This document shows, piece by piece, positions 9,992 to 17,965 of a stretch of DNA of 64,000 nt (positions are counted from its first letter, which is position 1; each line of letters begins with the position of its first letter). The DNA is from an uncultured Coprobacillus sp. (lineage in GTDB: Bacteria > Bacillota_I > Bacilli_A > ML615J-28 > CAG-698), in contig CAYMGD010000002.1 of assembly GCA_964389905.1 (NCBI GenBank), positions 2,843 through 66,842 on the forward strand, in the 5' to 3' direction. The translations under genes and the position numbers were made by a program. Under the pieces are notes generated by a model. It was given only the letters and a program-made list of their open reading frames with translations, made no database searches and was not told where the DNA came from.

Positions 9992-10013
9992 TTGTGCTCC
10001 TTAAGTATAAATA

Positions 10014-10036
10014 AAGGCACGTGATATTCGTGCCTT
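10014..10036 (-). terminator. hairpin between tsf and pyrH (terminator or attenuator)
   Basis: Perfect 8-bp stem AAGGCACG / CGTGCCTT with a 7-nt loop, followed by a T-rich stretch on the minus strand. Confidence 0.6.
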
Positions 10037-10042
10037 GTGGTT

Positions 10043-10918
10043 TTATTTTTTGTTAACTGCAGCCATAACTTCAGCAGCAAAATCATCTTTTCTCTTTTCG
10101 ATTCCTTCACCAACTGCAAGGCGAATATATTGTTTAATTTCAGCTTTTTTACTCTTTACGTATTCACCAACTGTAACATCTTCATTCTTTACAAATGGTT
10201 GATCAACTAAGCAAATGCTCTTAAGCATTTTCTTAACTTTTCCTTCAACGATTTTATCAACGATATTAGCAGGTTTGCCTTCGTTAATTGTTTCTTGTTT
10301 TAATATTTCTTTTTCATTTGCTAAGAAATCAGCATCAACATATGATTCATTAACATATTTAGGATTCATTGCGGCAACATGCATACATACATCTTTGGCA
10401 GTTTCTTCATCTCCACCTTCAAGAACAGTTAATACAACGATTTTACCATTCATATGAGTGTAAGCACCAAATACTTCTGAATCTTTCTTTTCAACTAAAG
10501 AAACTCTTCTTAAAGTGATTTTTTCACCGATTGTAGCAACAGCACCAATGATTATATCTTTAACTGTTTGTCCTTCATAAACACTTGCAAGTGCTTCTTC
10601 ATCATTTTTAGCTTTGTTGGCAAGAATTGCTTTAGCGATTGTATCTACTAAATCAATGAATTTTTGGTTTTTAGCAACAAAGTCAGTTTCACTATTTACT
10701 TCAAATACAGTTGCTAAGTTGCCTTGAACTTCAACTCTACATACACCTTCAGCAGCAATACGACTTTCTTTTTTAGCAGCTTTCATGATTCCTTTTTCTC
10801 TTAACCATTTAACTGCTTCATCCATATCACCATTTGTAGCTTCTAATGCTTTTTTGCAATCCATCATTCCAGCACTAGTCATTTCACGTAATTCTTTTAT
10901 TTTTTGTGCACTTACCAT
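10043..10918 (-). CDS. tsf: elongation factor Ts
   Basis: 291 aa. N-terminal IKELREMTSAGMMDCKKAL is a typical EF-Ts UBA-like start. Synteny supports the call. Confidence 0.95.
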   Translation of the reverse strand: MVSAQKIKELREMTSAGMMDCKKALEATNGDMDEAVKWLREKGIMKAAKKESRIAAEGVCRVEVQGNLATVFEVNSETDFVAKNQKFIDLVDTIAKAILANKAKNDEEALASVYEGQTVKDIIIGAVATIGEKITLRRVSLVEKKDSEVFGAYTHMNGKIVVLTVLEGGDEETAKDVCMHVAAMNPKYVNESYVDADFLANEKEILKQETINEGKPANIVDKIVEGKVKKMLKSICLVDQPFVKNEDVTVGEYVKSKKAEIKQYIRLAVGEGIEKRKDDFAAEVMAAVNKK

Positions 10919-10950
10919 AATTTATATCTCCTTATTATTATTCTTTATAA

Positions 10951-11850
10951 TTATTCCTCAACCTTTTTTTCTTCAGCTGGTACTTCTTGAGCTACAGGAG
11001 CTTCTTTTGGTGCTTCAGCTTTTTGAGGTTTTGGAGCTTTTTCTTCTTTGTTGTTTCTTGGTCTTGGCTCACGTCTTGAGTTATAACCTTTTTGGTTGCG
11101 ATTATAATTGTGGCGTTGTGGTCTTTCTTCTGGTGCAGGTTCATCAGTGAATTCAACAACGATTGGAGTACCACCTTTTGCTTCAACAACAGCATTTGCC
11201 ATTGTAGCAACGATTAATTTTACAGAACGAATTGCATCATCATTTGCTGGGATAACATAATCAACATCATCAGGATCACAGTTTGTATCTACTAAACCAA
11301 ATACAGGTATGTGTAAACGATGTGCTTCTGCTACTGCATTGTGTTCAGTCTTAGGGTCAACAACTACCATTGCATCTGGTAATTTAACCATTTCTCTAAT
11401 TCCACTGAAATATTTAACTAATCTTTCTTTTTCTTTTAATAATCCAGCAACTTCTTTCTTTGGTAAAACTTCGAAAGTGCCGTCTTCTTCCATCTTTTCG
11501 ATTTCAGCTAATCTATTAATACTTCTTCTAATAGTTTTATTATTTGTTAATGTTCCTCCAAGCCATCTTTGGTCAACATAATATGATTCAGCACGTGTTG
11601 CTTCTTCTTTGATAACTTCTTGAGTTTGTTTTCTTGTTCCAACAAAGATAACAGAACCATTGTTTTGAACGATGTTGAATAATGCTTTATAAGCTTCTTC
11701 AATTTTATCAACTGTTTTATCTAAGTCGATAATGTAAATACCATTACGTTCTCCAAAAATATACTCTTTCATTTTAGGATTCCAGCGGCGAGTATTATGA
11801 CCGAAATGAACTCCTGCTTCTAGTAATTGATTTTTTGTAATTACTGCCAT
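10951..11850 (-). CDS. rpsB: 30S ribosomal protein S2 with a Lys/Glu/Pro-rich C-terminal extension
   Basis: [18 protein letters not shown] is a canonical S2 N-terminus. ATG 11850 is preceded by AGGAG. The ORF-track start at 11910 adds 20 non-S2 residues and is probably not used. Confidence 0.93.
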   Translation of the reverse strand: MAVITKNQLLEAGVHFGHNTRRWNPKMKEYIFGERNGIYIIDLDKTVDKIEEAYKALFNIVQNNGSVIFVGTRKQTQEVIKEEATRAESYYVDQRWLGGTLTNNKTIRRSINRLAEIEKMEEDGTFEVLPKKEVAGLLKEKERLVKYFSGIREMVKLPDAMVVVDPKTEHNAVAEAHRLHIPVFGLVDTNCDPDDVDYVIPANDDAIRSVKLIVATMANAVVEAKGGTPIVVEFTDEPAPEERPQRHNYNRNQKGYNSRREPRPRNNKEEKAPKPQKAEAPKEAPVAQEVPAEEKKVEE

Positions 11851-11884
11851 TTTAATTTTTCTCCTTTTTCTTTTGTTTTGGCCT

Positions 11885-11968
11885 CCACAGTCTTCAGCGA
11901 ATACACGCAATGCATTAACAAATATTCTTAATAATGCACACTAAACGATATCCTCAAACTGTGTGTGT
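11885..11968 (-). promoter_or_regulatory. structured 5' leader of rpsB (nested hairpins)
   Basis: The inner stem TGCATTA (11911-11917) / TAATGCA (11932-11938) is nested inside an outer pairing, CACAGT within 11885-11892 against ACTGTG within 11957-11968. It lies between the predicted promoter and the rpsB RBS. Confidence 0.4.
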
Positions 11969-11992
11969 ATTTTTTCCTTTTTGCCACTATAT

Positions 11993-12021
11993 ATTTTACT
12001 ACAAATCACTTGTTTTTGCAA
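11993..12021 (-). promoter_or_regulatory. sigma-A-type promoter of the rpsB-tsf operon
   Basis: On the minus strand: TTGCAA (12016-12021), a 17-nt spacer, then TAAAAT (11993-11998). Confidence 0.55.
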
Positions 12022-12137
12022 TAAAAATTTTCTTTATTTTTTTAATGTAATAATATCATACTTTATTAAACTAAAACTTTCTTAAGTTTTTTGTTTTTAT
12101 GTTTTCAATAAAGTTTAATATTTTATTCGATTTTTTC

Positions 12138-12608
12138 CTATTTACCAGTGCTACCGAATCCACCTTTTCTTTCTTCAGATATTACCTTATCATCACTTGT
12201 AATGAAAAATTTTTGAATAATTCCTTGAGCAATTCTATCACCTTTTTTTATTATTCTTTCTTCACCACTAACATTACGAATAGCTATTATTATATGTCCA
12301 TCATTGTCGCTATTATTGTAATAATCAGCATCAATTATACCTATTTGATTTGCCAATACTAGTCCTTCTTTACGGCCTTTAGAACTTCTAATAACAACCA
12401 TTAAGAACTCATCATCTTCGAGTAATACTTTAATTCCTGTATATATATTAACTACTTCATTAGGTTTTATTGTAACATCATAAGGACACGTGAAATCATA
12501 TCCTGATGATTTTGCTGTTTGTCTTGCTGGTATAACAATGTCATTATAAGCAAATAAATCTTTATATTTATTATATTCATTTAAAGATATTTTGTAAAAG
12601 TTTCGCAT
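12138..12608 (-). CDS. dut: dUTP diphosphatase (trimeric dUTPase)
   Basis: 156 aa. Motifs IGIIDADYY and C-terminal GGFGSTG. Confidence 0.9.
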   Translation of the reverse strand: MRNFYKISLNEYNKYKDLFAYNDIVIPARQTAKSSGYDFTCPYDVTIKPNEVVNIYTGIKVLLEDDEFLMVVIRSSKGRKEGLVLANQIGIIDADYYNNSDNDGHIIIAIRNVSGEERIIKKGDRIAQGIIQKFFITSDDKVISEERKGGFGSTGK

Positions 12609-12620
12609 ATTTTCTTTCCT

Positions 12621-13541
12621 TTATTCATCGCTTGCATGAGGATGAAATTTTTGATATTCATTAATTAATTGTTCTTTAGAAATATGAGTATAAATTTGAG
12701 TTGTAGAAAGGTTAACATGTCCTAAAAGACTTTGAACACTTCTTAGATCTGCTCCTCCGTTTAAAAGATGGGTTGCAAAGCTATGCCTAATCATATGGGG
12801 ATGCACCTTGAGCTTTTCTGATGTATCATTTGTGATTTCATCTAATACAACTCTTACACCTCTTGTTGTGAGAGGACCTCCACGATGATTTAAGAATAGT
12901 TTCGTAGTTCTTTCCTTCTTTTCTTTCATTAAAAGTTCACTACGAGAAAATGATATATAGTCTTGAAGAGCACTTTTAAGAGAATCAATCATTGGTACTA
13001 TTCTTTCCTTTTTTCCTTTTCCGTATACTTTTATATAATTTAGTGAATAATCAATATCTGTAATATCTAAATTACAAAGTTCACTAACACGCATCCCAGT
13101 ATCATAAAGCATTTCAAGAATACAATAATTCCTTCTCCCAATTACTGTCTTACAATTGATAGAATCAAACATTGCTTCTATCTCATCAGCATACAACTGT
13201 TTAGGAAGTAATTTACTTTTTTTAGGACTATTTACTTCATTGAAAATATTATATGTAACATATCCTTCTCTAACCATAAAACGATATAGACCTCGTAAAC
13301 TCGATAGTTTACGGGAAATACTAGTTGATTTCATACCTTTTTTCGATAAATCTAATATGAAGAATCTTGCAATATTAGTTGTACAATTAACCATTCCATT
13401 GTATTTTTTTTGTTTCAAAAACTCAATAAACTCATCTATATCATTCATATAATTAAGAACTGTATATTGTGAGTATCCTCTTTCAACTTCTAAATAATCT
13501 TTATATGCACATACTATTTCATAATCAGTCATTAAACTCAC
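12621..13541 (-). CDS. xerC: tyrosine recombinase XerC/CodV-like
   Basis: 306 aa. Motifs GMRVSELCNL, HMIRHSFATHLL and LGHVNLSTTQIYTH give the R-H-R-Y catalytic set. It sits directly after trmFO, as in the Firmicute trmFO-codV arrangement. Confidence 0.85.
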   Translation of the reverse strand: MSLMTDYEIVCAYKDYLEVERGYSQYTVLNYMNDIDEFIEFLKQKKYNGMVNCTTNIARFFILDLSKKGMKSTSISRKLSSLRGLYRFMVREGYVTYNIFNEVNSPKKSKLLPKQLYADEIEAMFDSINCKTVIGRRNYCILEMLYDTGMRVSELCNLDITDIDYSLNYIKVYGKGKKERIVPMIDSLKSALQDYISFSRSELLMKEKKERTTKLFLNHRGGPLTTRGVRVVLDEITNDTSEKLKVHPHMIRHSFATHLLNGGADLRSVQSLLGHVNLSTTQIYTHISKEQLINEYQKFHPHASDE

Positions 13542-14826
13542 CCATTATTTCTTTTAATTTGACAAGAGCTCTATCAGAATACATTTTCTTTCTATCAATT
13601 TTCTTTAACTTTCTTTCTAAAGTCAAAGGAGCAAATATGCTATAATTAACGTTCATTGGAACAAAATCATCATGATAGCTGCTTATATAGTTAGGAAGTG
13701 AGCCGCTTGCTGTTTGCATTGTAAAATCAATCATTGGTTTGTTTTCTAGAAACCTTTTCATATTTATCCCACAAACTAAACCAGATGAGGCACTTTCAAC
13801 ATATCCTTCAACCCCAGTTATTTGCCCTGCAAAAAATAAATCTTCACGTTTTACTGTTTGATAATATTTATTAATTACTCCAGGAGAATTAATATATGTA
13901 TTTCTATGCATAACACCATAACGGACAAATTCAGCATTCTCTAGTCCTGGTATCATTCTAAATACTCGATCCTGTTCACCCCATTTTAAATGTGTTTGAA
14001 AGCCCACAATATTATACATTGTTTTGCTAGTATTATCTTGTCTTAACTGAACAACAGCATATGGAGTTTTTAAAGAATTAGGATAACGTAATCCTACTGG
14101 CTTCATCGGGCCAAAAAGTAAAGTTCTTTTGCCTCTATCTGCCATATCCTCAACTGCCATACAACCCTCGAATACTTTCATTTCAAAATCTTTTGATTGA
14201 ACTCTTTCAGCCGTAATCAAAGCTTCATAAAACTTATCAAATTCTTCTTCCGTCATAGGACAGTTATAATAAGATGGTTCACCTTTATCATATCTTGATT
14301 TAAGGTAAGCTATACTTTTATCAATTGATTCACCTGAAACGATAGGTGCAACTGCATCAAAAAAATACAAATAATCTTTTCCAACAAATGACTTTATCGA
14401 TTCGCTTAAAGCATCGCTTGTTAATGGGCCACTAGCTATTATAGTAGGCCCGTCAGGAATTTCAAGAACTTCTTTCTCAATAATTTCTATCAAAGGATGT
14501 TCTTTGATTTTTTTAGTTATATATTCAGAAAATAATACTCTATCAACTGCTAAAGCTCCTCCTGCTTCAACTTTTGTTTTCTCTGCTGCTTCCATAATAA
14601 TCGAACCAAGCATTCGCATTTCTTCTTTCAAAAGTCCTACAGCATTTTCTACCGCTGCAGCTCTTAACGAATTACTACAAACAAGTTCAGCAAACAAATC
14701 GCTTTTGTGAGCAGGACTTTTCTTCTTTGTCTTCATTTCATATAATCTCACATTTATGCCATTTTGTGCAAGATAATAGCTAGCTTCACAACCTGCTAAT
14801 CCTGCTCCTATTACATTTACAATCAT
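13525..14826 (-). CDS. trmFO: methylenetetrahydrofolate--tRNA-(uracil-5-)-methyltransferase TrmFO (Gid)
   Basis: 433 aa. N-terminal FAD fingerprint VIGAGLAGCEA. Full-length TrmFO-like sequence. Confidence 0.92.
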   Translation of the reverse strand: MIVNVIGAGLAGCEASYYLAQNGINVRLYEMKTKKKSPAHKSDLFAELVCSNSLRAAAVENAVGLLKEEMRMLGSIIMEAAEKTKVEAGGALAVDRVLFSEYITKKIKEHPLIEIIEKEVLEIPDGPTIIASGPLTSDALSESIKSFVGKDYLYFFDAVAPIVSGESIDKSIAYLKSRYDKGEPSYYNCPMTEEEFDKFYEALITAERVQSKDFEMKVFEGCMAVEDMADRGKRTLLFGPMKPVGLRYPNSLKTPYAVVQLRQDNTSKTMYNIVGFQTHLKWGEQDRVFRMIPGLENAEFVRYGVMHRNTYINSPGVINKYYQTVKREDLFFAGQITGVEGYVESASSGLVCGINMKRFLENKPMIDFTMQTASGSLPNYISSYHDDFVPMNVNYSIFAPLTLERKLKKIDRKKMYSDRALVKLKEIMGEFND

Positions 14827-14890
14827 TTTATCTACCTCATATATCTAATTATATATTAATTTTATTTAAAATTCAAGATATTGAGTTTTA

Positions 14891-14940
14891 AGAAATAGTA
14901 TATTTCTTAGAATAGTATATTTCTAGAATATTATATTTCT
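14891..14940. repeat. three tandem ~17-bp dyad-symmetric units AGAA(A)TAGTATATTTCT
   Basis: The units read agaaatagtatatttct / tagaatagtatatttct / agaatattatatttct. Each contains AGAAATA..TATTTCT half-sites. The array lies between the stop of the AlbA_2-type gene and the trmFO start. Confidence 0.8.
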
Positions 14941-14983
14941 TAAAATAAAAAGTATAGCTATTTTCATAACTACACTTTTATTA

Positions 14984-16423
14984 TTATAAAGCAGTATAAA
15001 TCCTTTGGTTTTTACTTTTAGGTCTATTAGGAATAGTATATGCAAGTATGCCTTCTTCAATCAAAGGATTCACATATGACTTTATGAAATATGTTGGATG
15101 TTTTTCATCATATCCAAAATATTTTGCTATAGATTCTTTTGTTCGTGGCACTTTACAATACGTCTTAATTTTAGAAATAAAACTATCATTGATAGCTTCA
15201 ATTTTTTTCGAATTGTATAATGTGACTTTAAATACTCCTCGTTCGCTTTCAAATTTTGGTTCTAGCAGTCCTGCTTTCTCCATCTCCGCATAAATTGTAG
15301 GAATTCCTGAATATCTATTTTCCGTTATTTCTAATATTTCCAGATTAGAAGCAATAAAAGGATTTCTAATATCAGAATGTACTTTTCCTAGTTCGTCTAT
15401 TTTGAGTCTCCCATACAATCCTCCAGGATTAGTAATTTCAATTCTATCATTATAAATCATTAGTCTAATAGGATCATTTTCAGTATGAATACTGTAATCG
15501 CGATGAATTAATGCATTAAGAATTATTTCTCTTATCGCTTTGATGGGATATTCAAACTCATCATTTCTTTCGCCTTTTTCATTAATTATTGTTGATTTTT
15601 TGATATTATTAATTACAAAAGAAATGGCAAGTTTTAGCATATCATTTATTGTGCCATCTAATCTTTTATTATCTAAGAATCTAATACCATTACTGTCCTC
15701 TACACCATACTCATTTGTTGGACATCTTACAGCAACAATATCCAAGTTGGGTGAAAATATTTGAGGATATTTTCCAAATAACATTAAACCACAAATTGTA
15801 GGATAATTATTTTTATCAATAATCCCATTTATTTTTAAAAGAGTATCTTTATCTAAATTAAGTAAATTAGGCTTTTTTTCTACAATTTTATCTAAATAAG
15901 CATTTATAGCAATTTCATTTAAGGTATCTTTATCTACTCTTTCCTTAATACGTAACTCATCTTCTGTTTTATATTTAAATGCATCAAAACTATGGATTTC
16001 ATAATCAGTCATTGGTAAATCCGCATCACCCACTCTAACATATGAACCTTTCATTTTACCTTTCCCCAAATAATAACATGGTTTATTGAAGACATCTATT
16101 TCGGGAATTTCAGCTGAAGCAATTGTTTTCCCTTTATACTCACATATTGTTATTATTGGTCTGATTTTAGGTTCCATCATTAATGACATCTCAGTTACAT
16201 TTTTTTGCAATATATCTGGTTTACCAATGCCACACACTTCATAATTATTTTTCTCATCAATTCCAAAAATTATTATTCCCCCTGATGTATTTGAAAAACT
16301 TGAAAGTGTATCATATAAATTTTCAGGAATACCGTCTTTAGATTTTTTAAATTCCACATTTTTAGCTTCACTTTTCAAGGAAATAATGTTCTCAATTAAA
16401 TCAATCAATTCTTTTTCTTGCAT
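14984..16423 (-). CDS. AlbA_2 (Schlafen-like) / HATPase_c_4 / C-terminal wHTH protein, usually annotated as a putative transcriptional regulator or RecG-like protein
   Basis: 479 aa. The N-terminal ESKNVEFKKS-type AlbA_2 start, central ALIHRDYS, and RNPFIA...E..YSGIP segments are typical of this family as I remember it. Confidence 0.65.
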   Translation of the reverse strand: MQEKELIDLIENIISLKSEAKNVEFKKSKDGIPENLYDTLSSFSNTSGGIIIFGIDEKNNYEVCGIGKPDILQKNVTEMSLMMEPKIRPIITICEYKGKTIASAEIPEIDVFNKPCYYLGKGKMKGSYVRVGDADLPMTDYEIHSFDAFKYKTEDELRIKERVDKDTLNEIAINAYLDKIVEKKPNLLNLDKDTLLKINGIIDKNNYPTICGLMLFGKYPQIFSPNLDIVAVRCPTNEYGVEDSNGIRFLDNKRLDGTINDMLKLAISFVINNIKKSTIINEKGERNDEFEYPIKAIREIILNALIHRDYSIHTENDPIRLMIYNDRIEITNPGGLYGRLKIDELGKVHSDIRNPFIASNLEILEITENRYSGIPTIYAEMEKAGLLEPKFESERGVFKVTLYNSKKIEAINDSFISKIKTYCKVPRTKESIAKYFGYDEKHPTYFIKSYVNPLIEEGILAYTIPNRPKSKNQRIYTAL

Positions 16424-16460
16424 ATTAATTTAATCCTTTCCAATGATACTATTATACATC

Positions 16461-16560
16461 ATTTACGAAAATAAATTGTAAATTACGAAAATAAATCAAT
16501 AATTTACGAAAATAAATTGCAAATTACGAAAATAAGTCAATAATTTACAAAAATAATTTA
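16461..16560. repeat. tandem array: five ~20/21-bp units forming about 2.5 copies of a 41-bp higher-order repeat
   Basis: atttacgaaaataaattgta / aattacgaaaataaatcaata / atttacgaaaataaattgca / aattacgaaaataagtcaata / atttacaaaaataatttaaa. Units 1+2 versus 3+4 differ at 2 of 41 positions by hand count. Confidence 0.85.
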
Positions 16561-16580
16561 AAATAGTTGTGCATCCACAA

Positions 16581-17069
16581 CTATTTGACATTAATCTTTG
16601 TTCCTTCTTTTAACCATTTGTCCTTGTTGGCTAGAACAAGTTCTTCAAGCGTCATATTTGTTCTTGACAGTATGCTTTCAAGGGTATCTGTTGCCACAAT
16701 TTCATATGTTTTGTATTCCTTAGGAATTTTTAAAACTTGATTCTCGTCTAGTACCAGTCTCGATATGTCATTGTATCTACTTATCATTTCTGGATCAACA
16801 TTGAGTTTTTCCGATATGATTTCAATTGTATCATTAGGTTTGATGACATATTCTTCAAAATAAAGGCCACCACTATTTATTTTTACAGGAATAACAATTA
16901 CTTGATTAGGATAAATAGCAGTACTATCTAAATTATTTGCTTCAATCAAAGCATTAACTGAAACATTATACTTTTTGGCAATGGTATATAAGGTATCACC
17001 TGTTTGTACCTTATATGTATCATTTCTTGTTTCGCCATAATATGGAGTATAAAAACCAAATCTATTCAT
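16581..17069 (-). CDS. LysM-repeat protein (three LysM-like modules)
   Basis: YKVQTGDTLYTIAKKYNVSVNALIEANNL, YVIKPNDTIEIISEKLNV... and YEIVATDTLESILSRTNMTLEELVLAN each match the LysM pattern. Confidence 0.8.
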   Translation of the reverse strand: MNRFGFYTPYYGETRNDTYKVQTGDTLYTIAKKYNVSVNALIEANNLDSTAIYPNQVIVIPVKINSGGLYFEEYVIKPNDTIEIISEKLNVDPEMISRYNDISRLVLDENQVLKIPKEYKTYEIVATDTLESILSRTNMTLEELVLANKDKWLKEGTKINVK

Positions 17070-17118
17070 TTTCTCACCTCAACATATTATATGTTAAGTG
17101 ATTTCTTTTTGACACAAA

Positions 17119-17553
17119 TTAAGATGCAAGAAATTGAATAGTTGCTATTATCATTACTGCTAATGCCAAAAATCCTATTATTATGCCTACTTCTCTAAAT
17201 GGCTTAAGTTTCATCTTTGTTTGTCTTGTTGAGAAGAAAAAACAAGTTCCAAAGATAAAAGCAAAAGTTATCATCAAAAATATTGAACCCATAACTGAAT
17301 ACATTATAGCATTCATCATTGCCAATATTCCAAAAAGAAAAGTTAAAACTGGATAATCAACCAAAGTAACTTTCTTTTTACTTTCAAGAACAGGATCTAC
17401 TTCTTTATAAACTATTTTGTATTCTTTTTGTGACTGAACATCGAATCCACAGTTCTCACAATATTTAGTGTTTTCTGGTACTTCTTTTCCGCATCTCAAA
17501 CATTTCATTGTATCACCAGTTCTTTCTACTTTTTTCGATTTCGCGTTTTGCAC
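17119..17553 (-). CDS. zinc-ribbon membrane protein
   Basis: CLRCGKEV...CENCG zinc ribbon followed by predicted TM helices. The more likely start is ATG 17508 (MKCLRCG), which removes the overlap with smpB. Confidence 0.6.
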   Translation of the reverse strand: MQNAKSKKVERTGDTMKCLRCGKEVPENTKYCENCGFDVQSQKEYKIVYKEVDPVLESKKKVTLVDYPVLTFLFGILAMMNAIMYSVMGSIFLMITFAFIFGTCFFFSTRQTKMKLKPFREVGIIIGFLALAVMIIATIQFLAS

Positions 17554-17965
17554 TTTCTCTTTTCATATCTTCACGTTTATCATATTTCTTTTTACCACGA
17601 CATAAGGCAACACTTACTTTAACTAAACCTTCTTTAAAGTAAACCATTAAAGGGATTATTGTTAATCCATCAAGTTTTACTTTTTGTTCGAACTTTCTAA
17701 TTTCACTTTTGTGAGCTAGTAACTTACGTTCTCTTTTTTCTTCATGATTGAATATATTTCCAAAAGTATATGATGATATGTGCATCCCACATATTCTTAA
17801 CTCACCATTTTTCACTTCACAATAAGAATCTTGTAAGGAAATATGATTTTGTCTAATAGACTTTATCTCTGTGCCTACTAAAACTATTCCGCATTCTAAT
17901 TCTTCTAAAACGAAATAATCGTGATAAGCACTTTTATTTTTAGAAATTATTTTTATTTTTTCCAT
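17513..17965 (-). CDS. smpB: SsrA-binding protein SmpB
   Basis: 150 aa with SmpB-like sequence along its full length (KNKSAYHDYF..., basic C-terminal tail). Sits in the secG-rnr-smpB order. Confidence 0.93.
   Translation of the reverse strand: MEKIKIISKNKSAYHDYFVLEELECGIVLVGTEIKSIRQNHISLQDSYCEVKNGELRICGMHISSYTFGNIFNHEEKRERKLLAHKSEIRKFEQKVKLDGLTIIPLMVYFKEGLVKVSVALCRGKKKYDKREDMKRESAKREIEKSRKNW

Noticed and set aside
10992-11210. Same-strand alternative-frame ORFs inside rpsB (10992-11210), the SGNH hydrolase (27580-27762) and the S8 peptidase (34548-34796).
   Set aside because: They are fully embedded in well-supported genes, short, basic and low-complexity, and have no independent start signals.
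16461-16560. Possible CRISPR array, suggested by regularly spaced ~20-bp repeats.
   Set aside because: The units are contiguous with no unique spacers, they are AT-rich, and no cas genes are present. This is a plain tandem repeat.
16424-17118. Expected tmRNA (ssrA) gene downstream of smpB, as in B. subtilis.
   Set aside because: The intergenic spaces after smpB are short or filled by the zinc-ribbon and LysM genes and the AT-rich tandem repeat. I saw no tRNA-like acceptor/T-arm or GC-rich structured segment, so ssrA must lie elsewhere.
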